Assembly (NCBI GenBank): GCA_043228905.1
Contig: JBHGNT010000012.1
Location: 8,184,001-8,248,000 of the forward strand
Direction of reading: 5' to 3'
From: Azolla caroliniana
Lineage: Eukaryota > Plantae > Polypodiophyta
Length of the DNA: 64,000 nt
How positions within the stretch are numbered: position 1 is the stretch's first letter; every line of letters starts with the position of its first letter. A program made the position numbers and the translations under genes. This document shows, piece by piece, positions 23,031 through 34,574 of this stretch. Under the pieces are notes generated by a model. That model saw nothing but the letters and a program-made list of their open reading frames with translations. It had not been told where the DNA came from and made no database searches.

Positions 23031-25177
23031 TGTCACCACTTTGTATTCTAGCATTTAGTATGAGTCATAGAATCATATTCTATGACACATAACTTATGAG
23101 CTTTCACATTCCCCATGCTCCATGAGGCTTGTAGTTAATGAAGAGAGAGGGTGACTACATAAAGCACCCTCCTCCCACCTTGTATAATGTTGAGTCTTCC
23201 TCCTTTGTTAATATACTTAACCTTGCGTATACTCTGTGTCTCTCTCTCTCTCCCTCTCTCTCTCTCTATCTCATACACACACACACACAGTTCACACCTA
23301 TTCCGCTTCACAAGAATCCATCTCTTGATTCTTTTCACCTTCCAACTAGAAGCATTACCTGTCTTCATAATCACCCTTGCTTCTAGAGTTACCATCGTCA
23401 CCATCATTGGTTCAAGAATTACCATCATCAACATCCCTTCGTTCTCTTAGTTTCTTTTCATCATTGTCTTTGTCTTTTCTCTCCTAGTTTCTTCTCATCT
23501 CTATCTCCTAGTTTCTTCTTATCATCATCTCTATCTCTGCACCTCTTATCATCTTCCACATCCCTATCTCCTAGTTTCTTCTCATCATCATCTCTATCTC
23601 TGCACTTCTTATCATCTTCCCTATCTTTGCATTTTTTGTCATTTTCATCCTTCTCCTTGTGTTTCCTACCGTTTTCATCTCTATCTATGTGTTGCTTATT
23701 ATCTTCGTCACTTTCTTTGCGTTTCCTATCACCTTCATCCCTATCTTTGTGTTTTCTCTCATCCTTTGTATATGTGTCTTTGTGTTTCTTCAGAACCTCA
23801 ACATCTTGATCTCTATGTTTCTTATCCTCTTCATCTCTTTCTCCGCTTGCATCATTACCATAGTCAAAGTCGTTGCTTCCAAAGTCGCTTCATCAACATC
23901 ATTGCCTTCATTGCTTCGTCTTCAACATCATCGTCTTCAACCCTCTTGTTATCTCCATCAACACTACTTTGCCTAGCCGTCATTGTCGTCAAGTGTTCCA
24001 GTTCCCGGTGAGGACCGTGCAGGGTCGCTTCACGCCCTTTGGTGTTCGTGTCTCCAATGAGGACCATACATGGTCTCTAACACTTGTTGGTGTTCCAGTT
24101 CCTAGTGAGGACCGCACATGGTTGCTCATGTCCGTTGGTGTTCATGTCTCCGGTGAGGACCGCATACATCCGTTCATGTTCCAATTCCCGGTGAGGGCCA
24201 CATGGTCACTCATGTCCATTCATGTTCAGTTCTCGGTGTGGGCCGCATGTTCTCTCACATCCATTCGTGTTCCAGTTCTCGGTGAGGGCCGCATAGTCTC
24301 TCACGCCCGTTCGTGTTCTCGATGAGGACCGCACATGGTCGCTCAAATTCTAGTTCCCGATGAGGGTCACACATGGTTGCTCACGTCCGTTTGTGTTCCA
24401 GTTCTCGGTGAGGGCCGCATGGTCGCTCACGTCCGTTCATGTTCTAGTTCTTGGTGAGGGTTGTATGGTTGCTCACGCCCATTCGTGTTTTCGATGAGGA
24501 CCGCACATGGTCACGCACGTTCCAGTTCCCGATGAGGGCCACACATGGTCGCTCACTCCCGTTCGTGTTCCATTCTCCAAGTGAGGACCGCACATGGTTG
24601 CTCACTCCAACTATTGTTCGTGTTCCATATCTCAGCGAGGACTGACATGGTCACTCATGCCTGTTGCTGTTCATGCTCTAGTTCCTGATGAGGACCACAC
24701 AAGGTCGCTCACACCCGTTGGTGTTCATGTTCCAACTCTCGGCGAGGAACGATAAAGGTATCTCATGCTCGTTGGTGTTGGTGCTTCTAGTGAGGACAAC
24801 ACATGGTTTCTCACATAGATTATCTATTCATGTTCTAGGAGTTTTTAGAAAGTTCTAAAACTAGAAGAGGGTTCTAGAATATTCTCCAAAATATTCTCAA
24901 GAATATTCTAATGCATGTACTTCAACTCACAATATAAATACTTGTAACCTTCTTCGTCCCTTTCAAGGGGTTCAACACCAATCATTGATACATCAATCTA
25001 GTAATCGCGTTTCGCCTCATCTTTGTCTCATTGATCTTTATTTCTGTCTTCATGCCCTAATGTCGCTCACAACATCTAGAGTTCCTAGCCTCGTCACATC
25101 TAGCTCCCAGTTCATCCGTCGCTCGTAGCCCCATCATCTGTGTGTCGTCCTAGTCTGTGCTTGGTGTGTCCGTGACA
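23031..25177 (+). repeat. Probable solo LTR (~2.1 kb) with low-complexity and minisatellite interior
   Basis: TGTCAC...GTGACA inverted termini; TATAAATA near 24933; no TSD found. Confidence 0.55.
23990..24810. repeat. Degenerate ~50-60-bp tandem repeat (roughly 14 units)
   Basis: Consensus about GTTCCAGTTCTCGGTGAGGACCGCACATGGTCGCTCACGTCCGTT. Confidence 0.85.
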
Positions 25178-25189
25178 GAGATGCCATTA

Positions 25190-27120
25190 GGCATAGATGG
25201 TTAGGACCCAAGAGGATTTGCTTCTGATTTTCAAATGTGGCCTCTCCTGGTTGAAGTTCCATGTACGAATGCCGCGATAAAGCATCTGCTTTTCCTTGTT
25301 GCATCCAAGGCGATATAGAATTACGAAATCAAACCGAGTTAAGAACTATGCCCAACAAACTTGTCGACGACTCAAGACTTGAGCACTTTGGAAGTACGTT
25401 AGATTTTTTTTATCATTGTAGACAATAATCTGTTGACAAGAACCCTCCAAAAAATGATGCCATTGTTGAAAAGAATCCACAATGGCAAGAAGCTCTTTGT
25501 CGTGTTTCTCATAGTTGATTTCTGCAGCTTCAATTTTCGTGAGTGAAAAGCCATGGGGTGTAATTGGTCATCATTGCCAATCTGCGATAGTATGCTTCCT
25601 AGAGCGAAGACGGATGCATCAGCTTCAAGTATAAAGCACTTCATTGGATCAACATGCATCAAAATTGGTGTGGATGTAAATGCTTGTGTTAAAACTTCAA
25701 ATGTCGAGTTTGCATTTGTACTCCACACAAATGGTCAATTCTTTTGTGTTAGTTGAGTGAGGGGCAATATGATCTGTGAATAATCTTTGATGAACTTGTG
25801 ATAAAAGTTTCTGAACCCCAAAAAACATTGTACATCTCGCACAAATTGTGGTGTTTGTCAATCCAAAACTGTTTGAACCTTTGCTGGATCTATAGAGATG
25901 CCATGTGAAGAGATTATGTACCCCAAAAATTCCACTTGACGCTAATAAAAAATACACTTCTCCAATTTTTCATAGAGACCATATTCACGCAACCATTGCA
26001 AAGGTTTTTGAACGTGTATATCATGCTCCTCTTGAGTTTTTGAGTAGATCAAAATATCATCGAGGTAAACTATGAAGAAAATATCAAGGAAATCTCGAAA
26101 AATGACATTCACTATATGTTGGAAAACTGTTGGTGCATTCATGAAACCAAATGGCATCACTATATATTCAAAATGGCCATAGCGATTATGGAAAGCAATC
26201 TTCCATTCATCCCTAGGAAGAATTCAAACAAGGTTGTAAGCACCTCAAATATCTAACTTTGTGAGATATTTAGCTCCTCTGAGGCATTCTTGAAGGCTTG
26301 AGATCAATGGTAGAGCATGAAGGTTTCGAGTCGTTACTTTATTCAATCCACAACTAGACGAATTGAACCATCTTTGAATTCTTCTTAACGAAAAATATGG
26401 GGGCGCCGGCGGGAGATCTTGAATGTTGGATAAACCCATTTGCCAAGTTCTCATCAATATATTCCCAAAGAACCTCTAGCTCTGTCAATGAAAGGTTATT
26501 AATTGGCCCCCATGGAGGCTCTTTTCCAGTCTTCAAATCAATCGGGCAATCATATGGTCAATGCTCTGGTAGTCTATTCACCTTCACGTTATCGAACACA
26601 TTAGAGAATTTTGTATATTTCTTTGGTAGTTGGACCCCCAATTCTTGTGAGCTCGATGTGGGAGTTGCTAAAACTGTGAACACAAACATGTCTTCCTTTT
26701 GTCCTTCGTCACATAACTGATGTATAGAGATTGTTGAAATCTTTTGGCATCTCATATCCCTTGTTGGAGTTTTAAGAGACTCAAACTATACTATGACCTC
26801 TTCAATAGTTCTTTTTCTCCAATCAATAGTTGGGTTATGTAGCTCAAACCTTGGAAGACCAAGAACTAGGGAGTGCTCTGGACTACTAATGATGTTGAAT
26901 GAGATGACACTAGCCAAATCTCCTAGGACTACACGAATTGGTTCAGACTCTCCAACTATATCACCTGATGTTAAGGGGTGTCCATCAATGACTCTAACAA
27001 ACACTGGGCTTGGGAGCTTATGCAACTAAATATTATGCATTACAGCGAACTCACAATCCATGAAACAAGAGTTGGCTCCAAACTCTAAGAGGGCAGAAGC
27101 TAGGACTCGATGGCACCTAG
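25190..27120 (-). pseudogene. Degenerate Tcn1-like pol (protease-RT-RNase H), related to 9481-15209
   Basis: VIDGHPL..GDIVGESEPI, EPPWGPI, IVYLDD, LEADASVFALG; many frameshifts. Confidence 0.88.
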
Positions 27121-27153
27121 ATGTGCTAAGCTAAACTTGTGTACAGAAAACTC

Positions 27154-27992
27154 TGTTGAGATATCAGTCCCTCTAGATGGGGGTCGGATAAGTCGGATAG
27201 GTCAGACCGAAGGAACGAGCAAGATGAAGGAGCTAGATTGGATGGATCCAGAAGGATATCCGGAAACCGGATTGGATGGACTCAGAAGGAGTCCGGCCTG
27301 ATCTGGTATGAACTATGAGGAGAAACAGATTTGTAAATATGTTTCTTATGTGTTGTTGAGTTCATATTTGTAAATAGCCCCAAAGTTATATATGTATAAA
27401 TATAACTATGCAACACTGTTTTGTGTGGTTGTTGTTGTTGTTAGTTGTATAGAGAGAGAGTGAGTGAGAGAGAGAGATACAGAAAGTCGTTTATGTTGTA
27501 ACCGTTGGTTGGCAAAGATACAGAGCTCGAGGTTGTTGCCTCTATGACTCTTACAGTAATACCTCTTCCCTATTATAGTGATCATGTTCGGAGTTCCATG
27601 AACTCTTGTGGTTTTCCCCGATTAGGGTTTCCACGTCAATATCATGTGTCATCTTATTTCATGTGTAAGTGCGTCAATCTCTTGTTTTATGTATGTTTCT
27701 TCGATCGTGTGATTGAGACTCGGTTGTGGCCGAGCAATATTTACAACAAACTAGTATCAGAGCAAACAACAAAGGAAAGAAATGGAAGATTCCTTCAGCA
27801 ACATGTTCAAGCTCACCGGCTCCAACTACCCAGTATGGAAGTCGAAGATGAGGGACATGTTAGTGGTCAAAGATATCTTGTTGCCGGTACAGTTTGGAGA
27901 CAAAAAACCGGACAAGATCAATGTCGTGACCTGGGAGGTGATGCATATGAAGACGACGGCATACATAAGTTGCTTCACCAACATGAGCCTAT
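27154..27992 (+). mobile_element. Truncated copia: LTR 27154-27748, decayed iMet PBS, gag start 27782
   Basis: LTR resembles the 41982 family; TAGTATCAGAGC; KLTGSNYPVWKSKMRDML. Confidence 0.8.
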
Positions 27993-28022
27993 TGTCACGA
28001 ATGGGTGGTTGAGGCTAAATAC

Positions 28023-28065
<43 letters not shown>

Positions 28066-31000
28066 ATAAGCAAGAGAACAAGATTGTCACGGACAAGTAG
28101 ACGAGCCTCAATACTAAGAGATAGCGAGAGAGAGAGCATAGACAAGAGAACAAGCAAGAGAGAGAGAGAAAATAGATAAAGAACAATAACTGAATTATGC
28201 TTTCGTAACAGGTGTTGTTCACCTTGATTGTAATCAAGGTGAACCTGAGTATTTATACAAGAATGTGGAGGTATGCATGAAAGCTAGAAAACTTTTAGAG
28301 AGTGCATGACGATGCATTCTCTAGAAGGTTCTTGAACGTTCTAGTGATGAATCTACAATGTAATAAGTTGAATCTTATACATACAATAATGCATAGATGG
28401 ATGTAGCTCAACTAGTAAGGTTTCCCAATAAGACCAAAAGGTCATGGGTTCAACCCCCACTATTCCATGTGGTATCCTGTCTATGACATTATCCTCCCTC
28501 TAAGGCTGGTTTCTATGGATAGCGTTCATAAAATGCTCAACTATGTTTGGGGCATGCTTGAGATGGTGTGTCGGATCCCATGTTGCTTCGGAGATCGGGT
28601 ACCCTTTCTAGAGGACAAGGTAATGAAACTGGCGACGGTGTCGTGGCCACGGCCACAAAAATCTTCACTTCAATATTTCGATGAAGATAAGAATCAAACC
28701 GCCGCCCTTTCATTGCAAGTTGAGCACCACAACCACCAAGCTAGCTCTTCTCTTGCCTTCTCTTCTTTTCCTACTCTTTCTATCTTATGATATCCCTTAT
28801 GGAATATAATTCTATTTGATTCTCTTGATATATCATACAATATAGTTTTTCGATCTCAATTCCTTCCATATCCTTGTGACTATACTCCCTTCTCCTTTTA
28901 TAGGAAGGGGATGGTTTTGCATGTGGGCCATATGACACACATGTAGAGAGGGATCTTGCATGTGTGCTATATGGTGCACATGTAATGCATTATTTGGTTT
29001 AAACCATGCAATACTACTTCAAATAAAAAAAATAACATATATTTTTTTATATATATTACAAGTATAGGGTAAATGGTAAGGTTTGAGAGTCAGTGGAGGT
29101 TATTGGTTCAAGTCCTCTCTTATATATATATATATAATTTGCCTCTACATATAATGTATAATATTATCATAGTGTGTTGTTAATATTATCTTTATAAATC
29201 ATTATCAAGATTTTTTTTATTTTAGTTACGTATTTATCTTATTGTAGACTTTTAATGTGAATATTTCCTACTTCACGACATCCACCCCCTCTAGACCTAC
29301 ACATCCTCCGGCATGTGCCACTATCTTTCATTGTCATGTTAATCTATTGGTGGTTCAAGCTCAAACCTTTTCTTAAATAGTTTTATCCTCTTTCGAGCTA
29401 CCACGTTTAGGATTAGTGTCCCATCCAATTCACTAAGCTTAGAAGTAAAGTTATCATATACTTTTTTTACTATGTAGGGCCAAAACCATCTTTCAGCAAA
29501 CTTGCGGACAGTGCTATGTTGATTATCTAAACTGCTATCATACACAACCACCCAATCCCCCTCTTCTATTTTCTTAGGCCGAATTTTATGAGTTTTATCA
29601 AAACGAATTTTATTCTTCACTCCAACCTCCTTCGATCGTCGTGTTGCTAATTCTATATCTTCAAGTCAAAGCTCTAATTGTTGATTCGCAAAGCAAGCAG
29701 TTCTTCTCTCTATGGAATAGATGTCCATGACATAATTCATTCTTCTATTGGCATGATGGCCTTTTGGCCAAGTATCAAATCAATTGGCATGTATCTTGTT
29801 ACCGAACTATGTGTTGTTCTATCCGCCCATAGTGCATAAGGTCGCATGTGTGGCCAATCTCTTATTTTACCTTTGCAGCTTTTCACGATCGCTATGCCCT
29901 CTTTCAATATTTCCATTAGCCTCTGGATTATACGCAGTTGTAAATGATAATTTGACCCCTATCCGGCGGAAGAATTCTCTAGCTTCATTAGAATCAAGTT
30001 CTCCTCTATCTGCAATTATTTTACCAACACACCCATAACTACGTCTACTCCAATGAAGTAAATTATGTCTATCTGTTTTTAATGCAATAAGCAAACCCCA
30101 CAATTTTCGTTTAACTTGCGCATAATTTCTTTGTCTATCATTTAATATCTTTGCGCCAAACCTAATAGCATATCGATGTTTCTCTTCATCTTCTTGGTTG
30201 ATAACCCAATTGATTCCAATTGGGCTAGTATCAATTGTCGCTATAATTGGTCTTTCACCTTTGTAGTCTGGTTGACGAAGAACTAGAGCTTTCAATAATG
30301 TTTCTTTCAATTGTTGAACAACTTGTGTATGTTCATCAGTCCAAATAAACTTCTTCCCTTTTCTTAAAAATTGGTAGAGAGGATCTGAGACATGTGCAAA
30401 GTGTGGTAACCAAATATGATAAAACACACATGCACCTAAAAATATTCTCACCTCTATTACCAATTCGCAAACTTCCTTCATATTTTGTATTGCATTAATT
30501 TTCATCGGCGAAGGCTTCCTCCCATACCACCCACACATATGACCAACTATCAGAACTTCGTTCTGCCCAAAGCTTGACTTTCTTCCTAATAATGTCAAAT
30601 GTACCTACTCAAGCTTATATAAAATACTTTCATAATCATTAATGTGATCCATCACAAACTTTTTGCAACCATTTCCAACCCTTTTCTCATCTTTCTCTCT
30701 TTCTAAGCATCCCTTAATAGGAATATCATCTAAAAATGGCATAGTTACCTTTAGGATGTACTCATGTAGAACTCTGTTCATTGCATTCATCATATGAGCA
30801 ACTGAATTTGTCGCACCTTGAGGTAGAGTGCACATCCGAACTAACCCAATTGGTGTTTTCATTGTTGTGATATTGCGACTATCAATTGCTAGTTGAAATT
30901 GGTCCTATCTTGAATATAGGTCTTCCATAGAGTAAATCATTCTCCCAACAAAAGCTTTTGCAAATTCATCAACGATCAGTTCGATTCCTGCATTTCAGAT

Positions 31001-31959
31001 TGTGACTTTGTTGACAAGTTGTAGATCTTGAATGTATCTTAGAGAGCCATCTTTCTTTGGAATGGTGAACCATCGGTTGGAATATGGTGGTTGGAAGCCT
31101 CTAAAATCTTCATCTTGACTTTATCCTTTAGCAGCATCAACAACTGAGGTAATTGAGCTCTCGGTACTGCAATAGGTTTAAAATTCCAAGGAATATGAGG
31201 GATAGTGAATATTACCATTGGCGTCACCACCTTTGGATCTACACAACCAATCTCCTCAGTTTTGAATGCGAACGCTTTCCCATGCCTAAAGATCATTTCT
31301 TTGAAAGTTGTGATCTCTGATTGCCGAAGAAATTCACACCTTCCGATTCTCAAGTTATTTATTCTCTCCGAAGTGAAGTGATGTCCGACCTTCTCTATTG
31401 GTCGAACCATAGGCTCGGTTGTTGCTGCCTCTACTTTCTCTTCGCTACCAATAGGTAATGGTACTGCAACAGGTTTGACCTTTTCATCTATTATTTTGTA
31501 TTTTGTATTACATAAACTTTCTACTTCTTCATATTTACAATTATACCTATCAATCTCATAATACATATCAATTGAGTTTACATGTATCTTTCTAACACTC
31601 TCATCATCTTCTTCCAAATACATTTCTAACTCTTCTATAGTATTTGCAAAAGAAATTTCTTCCATAACACTTTCAATCTGCTCTTCCATTTCAAGTACTC
31701 CATTATCCTTCAATGCCTATTGAAACAAATTAGCATTCTTTTTCAAGTTCCTCTTGCATTCATATATCCTAATCACACATATAGCACCACTTTCAGAAAC
31801 ATGAAATGACTTATTCATATGTTGTAATGCCCCACGTGAGGGTCTTTTAATAATGGAACTATTGCAACCCTCATTTGCAATAGTCCTAGTCAAAAACCTG
31901 ATTATTAAAATCACCAGAGTCTTTTGGTATCGAATGATCACAAAGCTCTTGCTTGTTCC

Positions 31960-33779
31960 TCTCATGATTTGGGCGAACTGTCATAAACTGTAAGATAGAC
32001 CCTCAACTAGAATTAAAGTCCCAAGCGGCCAAGAAAATTGATTTGACAATTGAAGAAGCGGCTGACAACCTGAAGTTGTCTCTATGGAGAGCGATGCAAG
32101 GTATTAAGGACGAGCAGCTTCTTGTGTCTGTTTTGTCATTGTGGCAAAAGAATTAAGCCTTGAAGAAATGGTCATTGAGTTAAATAAGTAAGTCTTTCAA
32201 ATAGTGATATTGAATTCAATATGGTGCAATTGAAAGTTCTAATCTCGTTTTCTAATTTCACAGTCATAAGGTGTACATGAAGATCCAAGAAGTTATGATG
32301 AAACAACTTGGATGTATAACTTGGGAACAATTGACCGAGGATTATCCTCTAATGTCTTCATATAAGGCGTTATCCGAGTATTTTATTGCACTCAAGGATT
32401 GGGTTAGTATTGGTGTTTTTCATTAAGTTTTCCTCATATGTAGAGGTTGTGTAATAATACTTGATGTCTTATTGCTTCTATTAGAAACCATGTCGTGGCA
32501 AGAAACCAGGAGAAGTTAAGGATATACATGATTTCCCGACATCTTTCCTTGCACATCTCGAGAGAGACAGAAAAGAAAAGGATCGTCGCTTAGTCAAGGC
32601 ATATGAAATTGAGGAAGATGGCTCCTTCAAAAGATTTAGCCACAAAAAGGACATTACTAGAGATCTTTATTACATACAACGTGATTTGCGGCGATGTCGT
32701 TGACACGATCCAAAAAATGCCAAAGAAGGAATATACACTAATGTTTGTTGATATTCCATACGGATTTCGAATGGCAAGGTCATCATACGACGATGAACCA
32801 TTTAGGTTCAAACAATTAGAGAAGATGGTCAAGGATTTTGCTAAGCTAATGACTGCATCCTTGTGGAGGATAGTTGTCTTTCATGGTATGGACCAAGGGT
32901 ACTCGGTAGCTCAAGCTTTGAGATCTCATTTCCATGGCATCGAGAACCTTGCATGGTAAGGATTATTTATAAGTCACATTCACTATATTGCCTTTCTTAA
33001 TATTGTTTAGTCTATTCTTAACTCGATGCAATATTTGTTATAGGATAAAAACCAATGTCAATAGAGGGCCAACCTTTCGGTTCATAAATGTCATTGAATA
33101 CAGTACGGTTGGCTACTTCGATGAAATAAAGAAACAAAGAATCAAGGAGCATTCTAATAAAGTCGAAGGTTCAAATCTGTTGGTATATCCAGTAGTGACA
33201 CGGAAATTGCGACATGTCACCACGACAGAAGGGGAACTTGTCAACGCATACCAAAAACCTCAATGACTTATGATACACTTGATCGAGATGTTTTCTGTAG
33301 AAGGAGATTGGATATTAGACCTCTTTTCTGGCACAGGTATTCCTAGAACTAGGTTTATGTTCTTGATATAACCAGTACTGATTCTTTTTTGTTTGAAAAC
33401 TAATTTTTCTAGTTTCTTTCTTCACAAGGACAACATCTGCATGTGCATTGAATCTCTTCAGAAACACAGTTGCATTGGAGAAGGACGAGGAGCAAGTTAT
33501 ATTTATAAACATGAGGATTAAGGCTTTGTGGGAGTGCCCAGACCAGGACGAGGAGGTCGGTGCAAAGCACCTCGTTGTACAGAAAGGTTTCAACGTGCTT
33601 CGCGAGAGCCTATTCCTCCGTTAGCCGAGGAACCGGTGGAGCTAATTGAGCTTGATGATGAGCTTATAGAAGATATTACATTGTCTCGGCTAACAGGGGA
33701 AAACAATGCACGTATAGCCGAAGAGACTTCTATAAGAGATGAAGAAGAAAATGACATTGACAATTTGATTGCTATGTAA
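31960..33779 (+). pseudogene. Intron-containing beta-class N6-adenine/N4-cytosine DNA methyltransferase (3' portion), decayed
   Basis: VICGD...LMFVDIPY (motif IV, 32750-32761)...YQKP.L...LIEMFS.EGDWILDLFSGTG|TTSACA...VALEKD; introns at about 32188-32263, 32403-32484, 32956-33043, 33337-33427; stop at 33264 and frameshifts. Confidence 0.8.
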
Positions 33780-34195
33780 TAGACTCTTTTGTTGACGAAA
33801 TGTATTGTTTGGAATTCACATTACTAATACAAATTTTGGGTTCTACTTGGTGTATTCCATTCTTTATATTCTTCTATATGTTTCAATTTTATTTCTACAT
33901 ACTTGGTTTGTTGACTTATGACATTAGTTTCACCGTGTGTATTGCTGACTACCAATATGGAGAAACATGAATTAGTTTACATTAAGGCTGATTTCGGTCA
34001 AACTTTACTTTAACATAACATGCTCATAGAATTGTTGCCATGACTGTCCATGTTGTTATTTGCGATCAATTGTCGAGATTGTCATTCCGTGTCTAATATA
34101 TACCAGTCCATATATTATGGATCTTTGTCTTCTATTGCTAAAACTATTATGTTTCTCTTCCATTGCTGCTTAGATTGTGTAGTGTGTTGATAATG

Positions 34196-34574
34196 GTTCC
34201 AGTAGCGTTATACACTTGTAGTTCCACTAGCGTTATACACTTGTAGTTCCACTAGCGTTATACACTTGTAGTTCCACTAGCGTTATCGTTCGGAGTTTGA
34301 TCCCATGTGAATCACCTAAGGAATAGATTAGATCAATTTTAAATACAAGTATTGAAAGCCTTAATAGGTTTGTTATTTCCATCACATTATCCTAAAGTTC
34401 ACTGTCTTACATTGTCCACAATTATATACATATGGTTTGATCCCATGCGAACAAACTAAGGAATATATTAGATCAACTTTAAATACAAGTATTACATACC
34501 TTAATAATTTTGTTATTCCAATCACATTATCCTAAAGTTCAGTATCCTACATTGTCCACAATTATATACATATG
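34196..34574. repeat. 25-bp tandem repeat (about x3.5) followed by a 140-bp direct duplication
   Basis: GTTCCACTAGCGTTATACACTTGTA repeats at 34196-34286; 34295-34434 matches 34435-34574. Confidence 0.9.

Noticed and set aside
23440-23960. Low-complexity minus-strand E/K/R/D-rich coding-like stretch
   Set aside because: It is a degenerate simple repeat inside a probable LTR, with no sustained frame or motif.
23990-24810. Tandem repeats as a CRISPR array or hammerhead array
   Set aside because: There are no unique spacers or cas genes. A CTGATGAG-GACC..GGTC unit is followed by GCTC rather than the required GAAA.
31717-31965. 82-aa minus-strand ORF at the left edge of the MTase insertion
   Set aside because: No recognisable motif, and the left boundary of the insertion could not be fixed.
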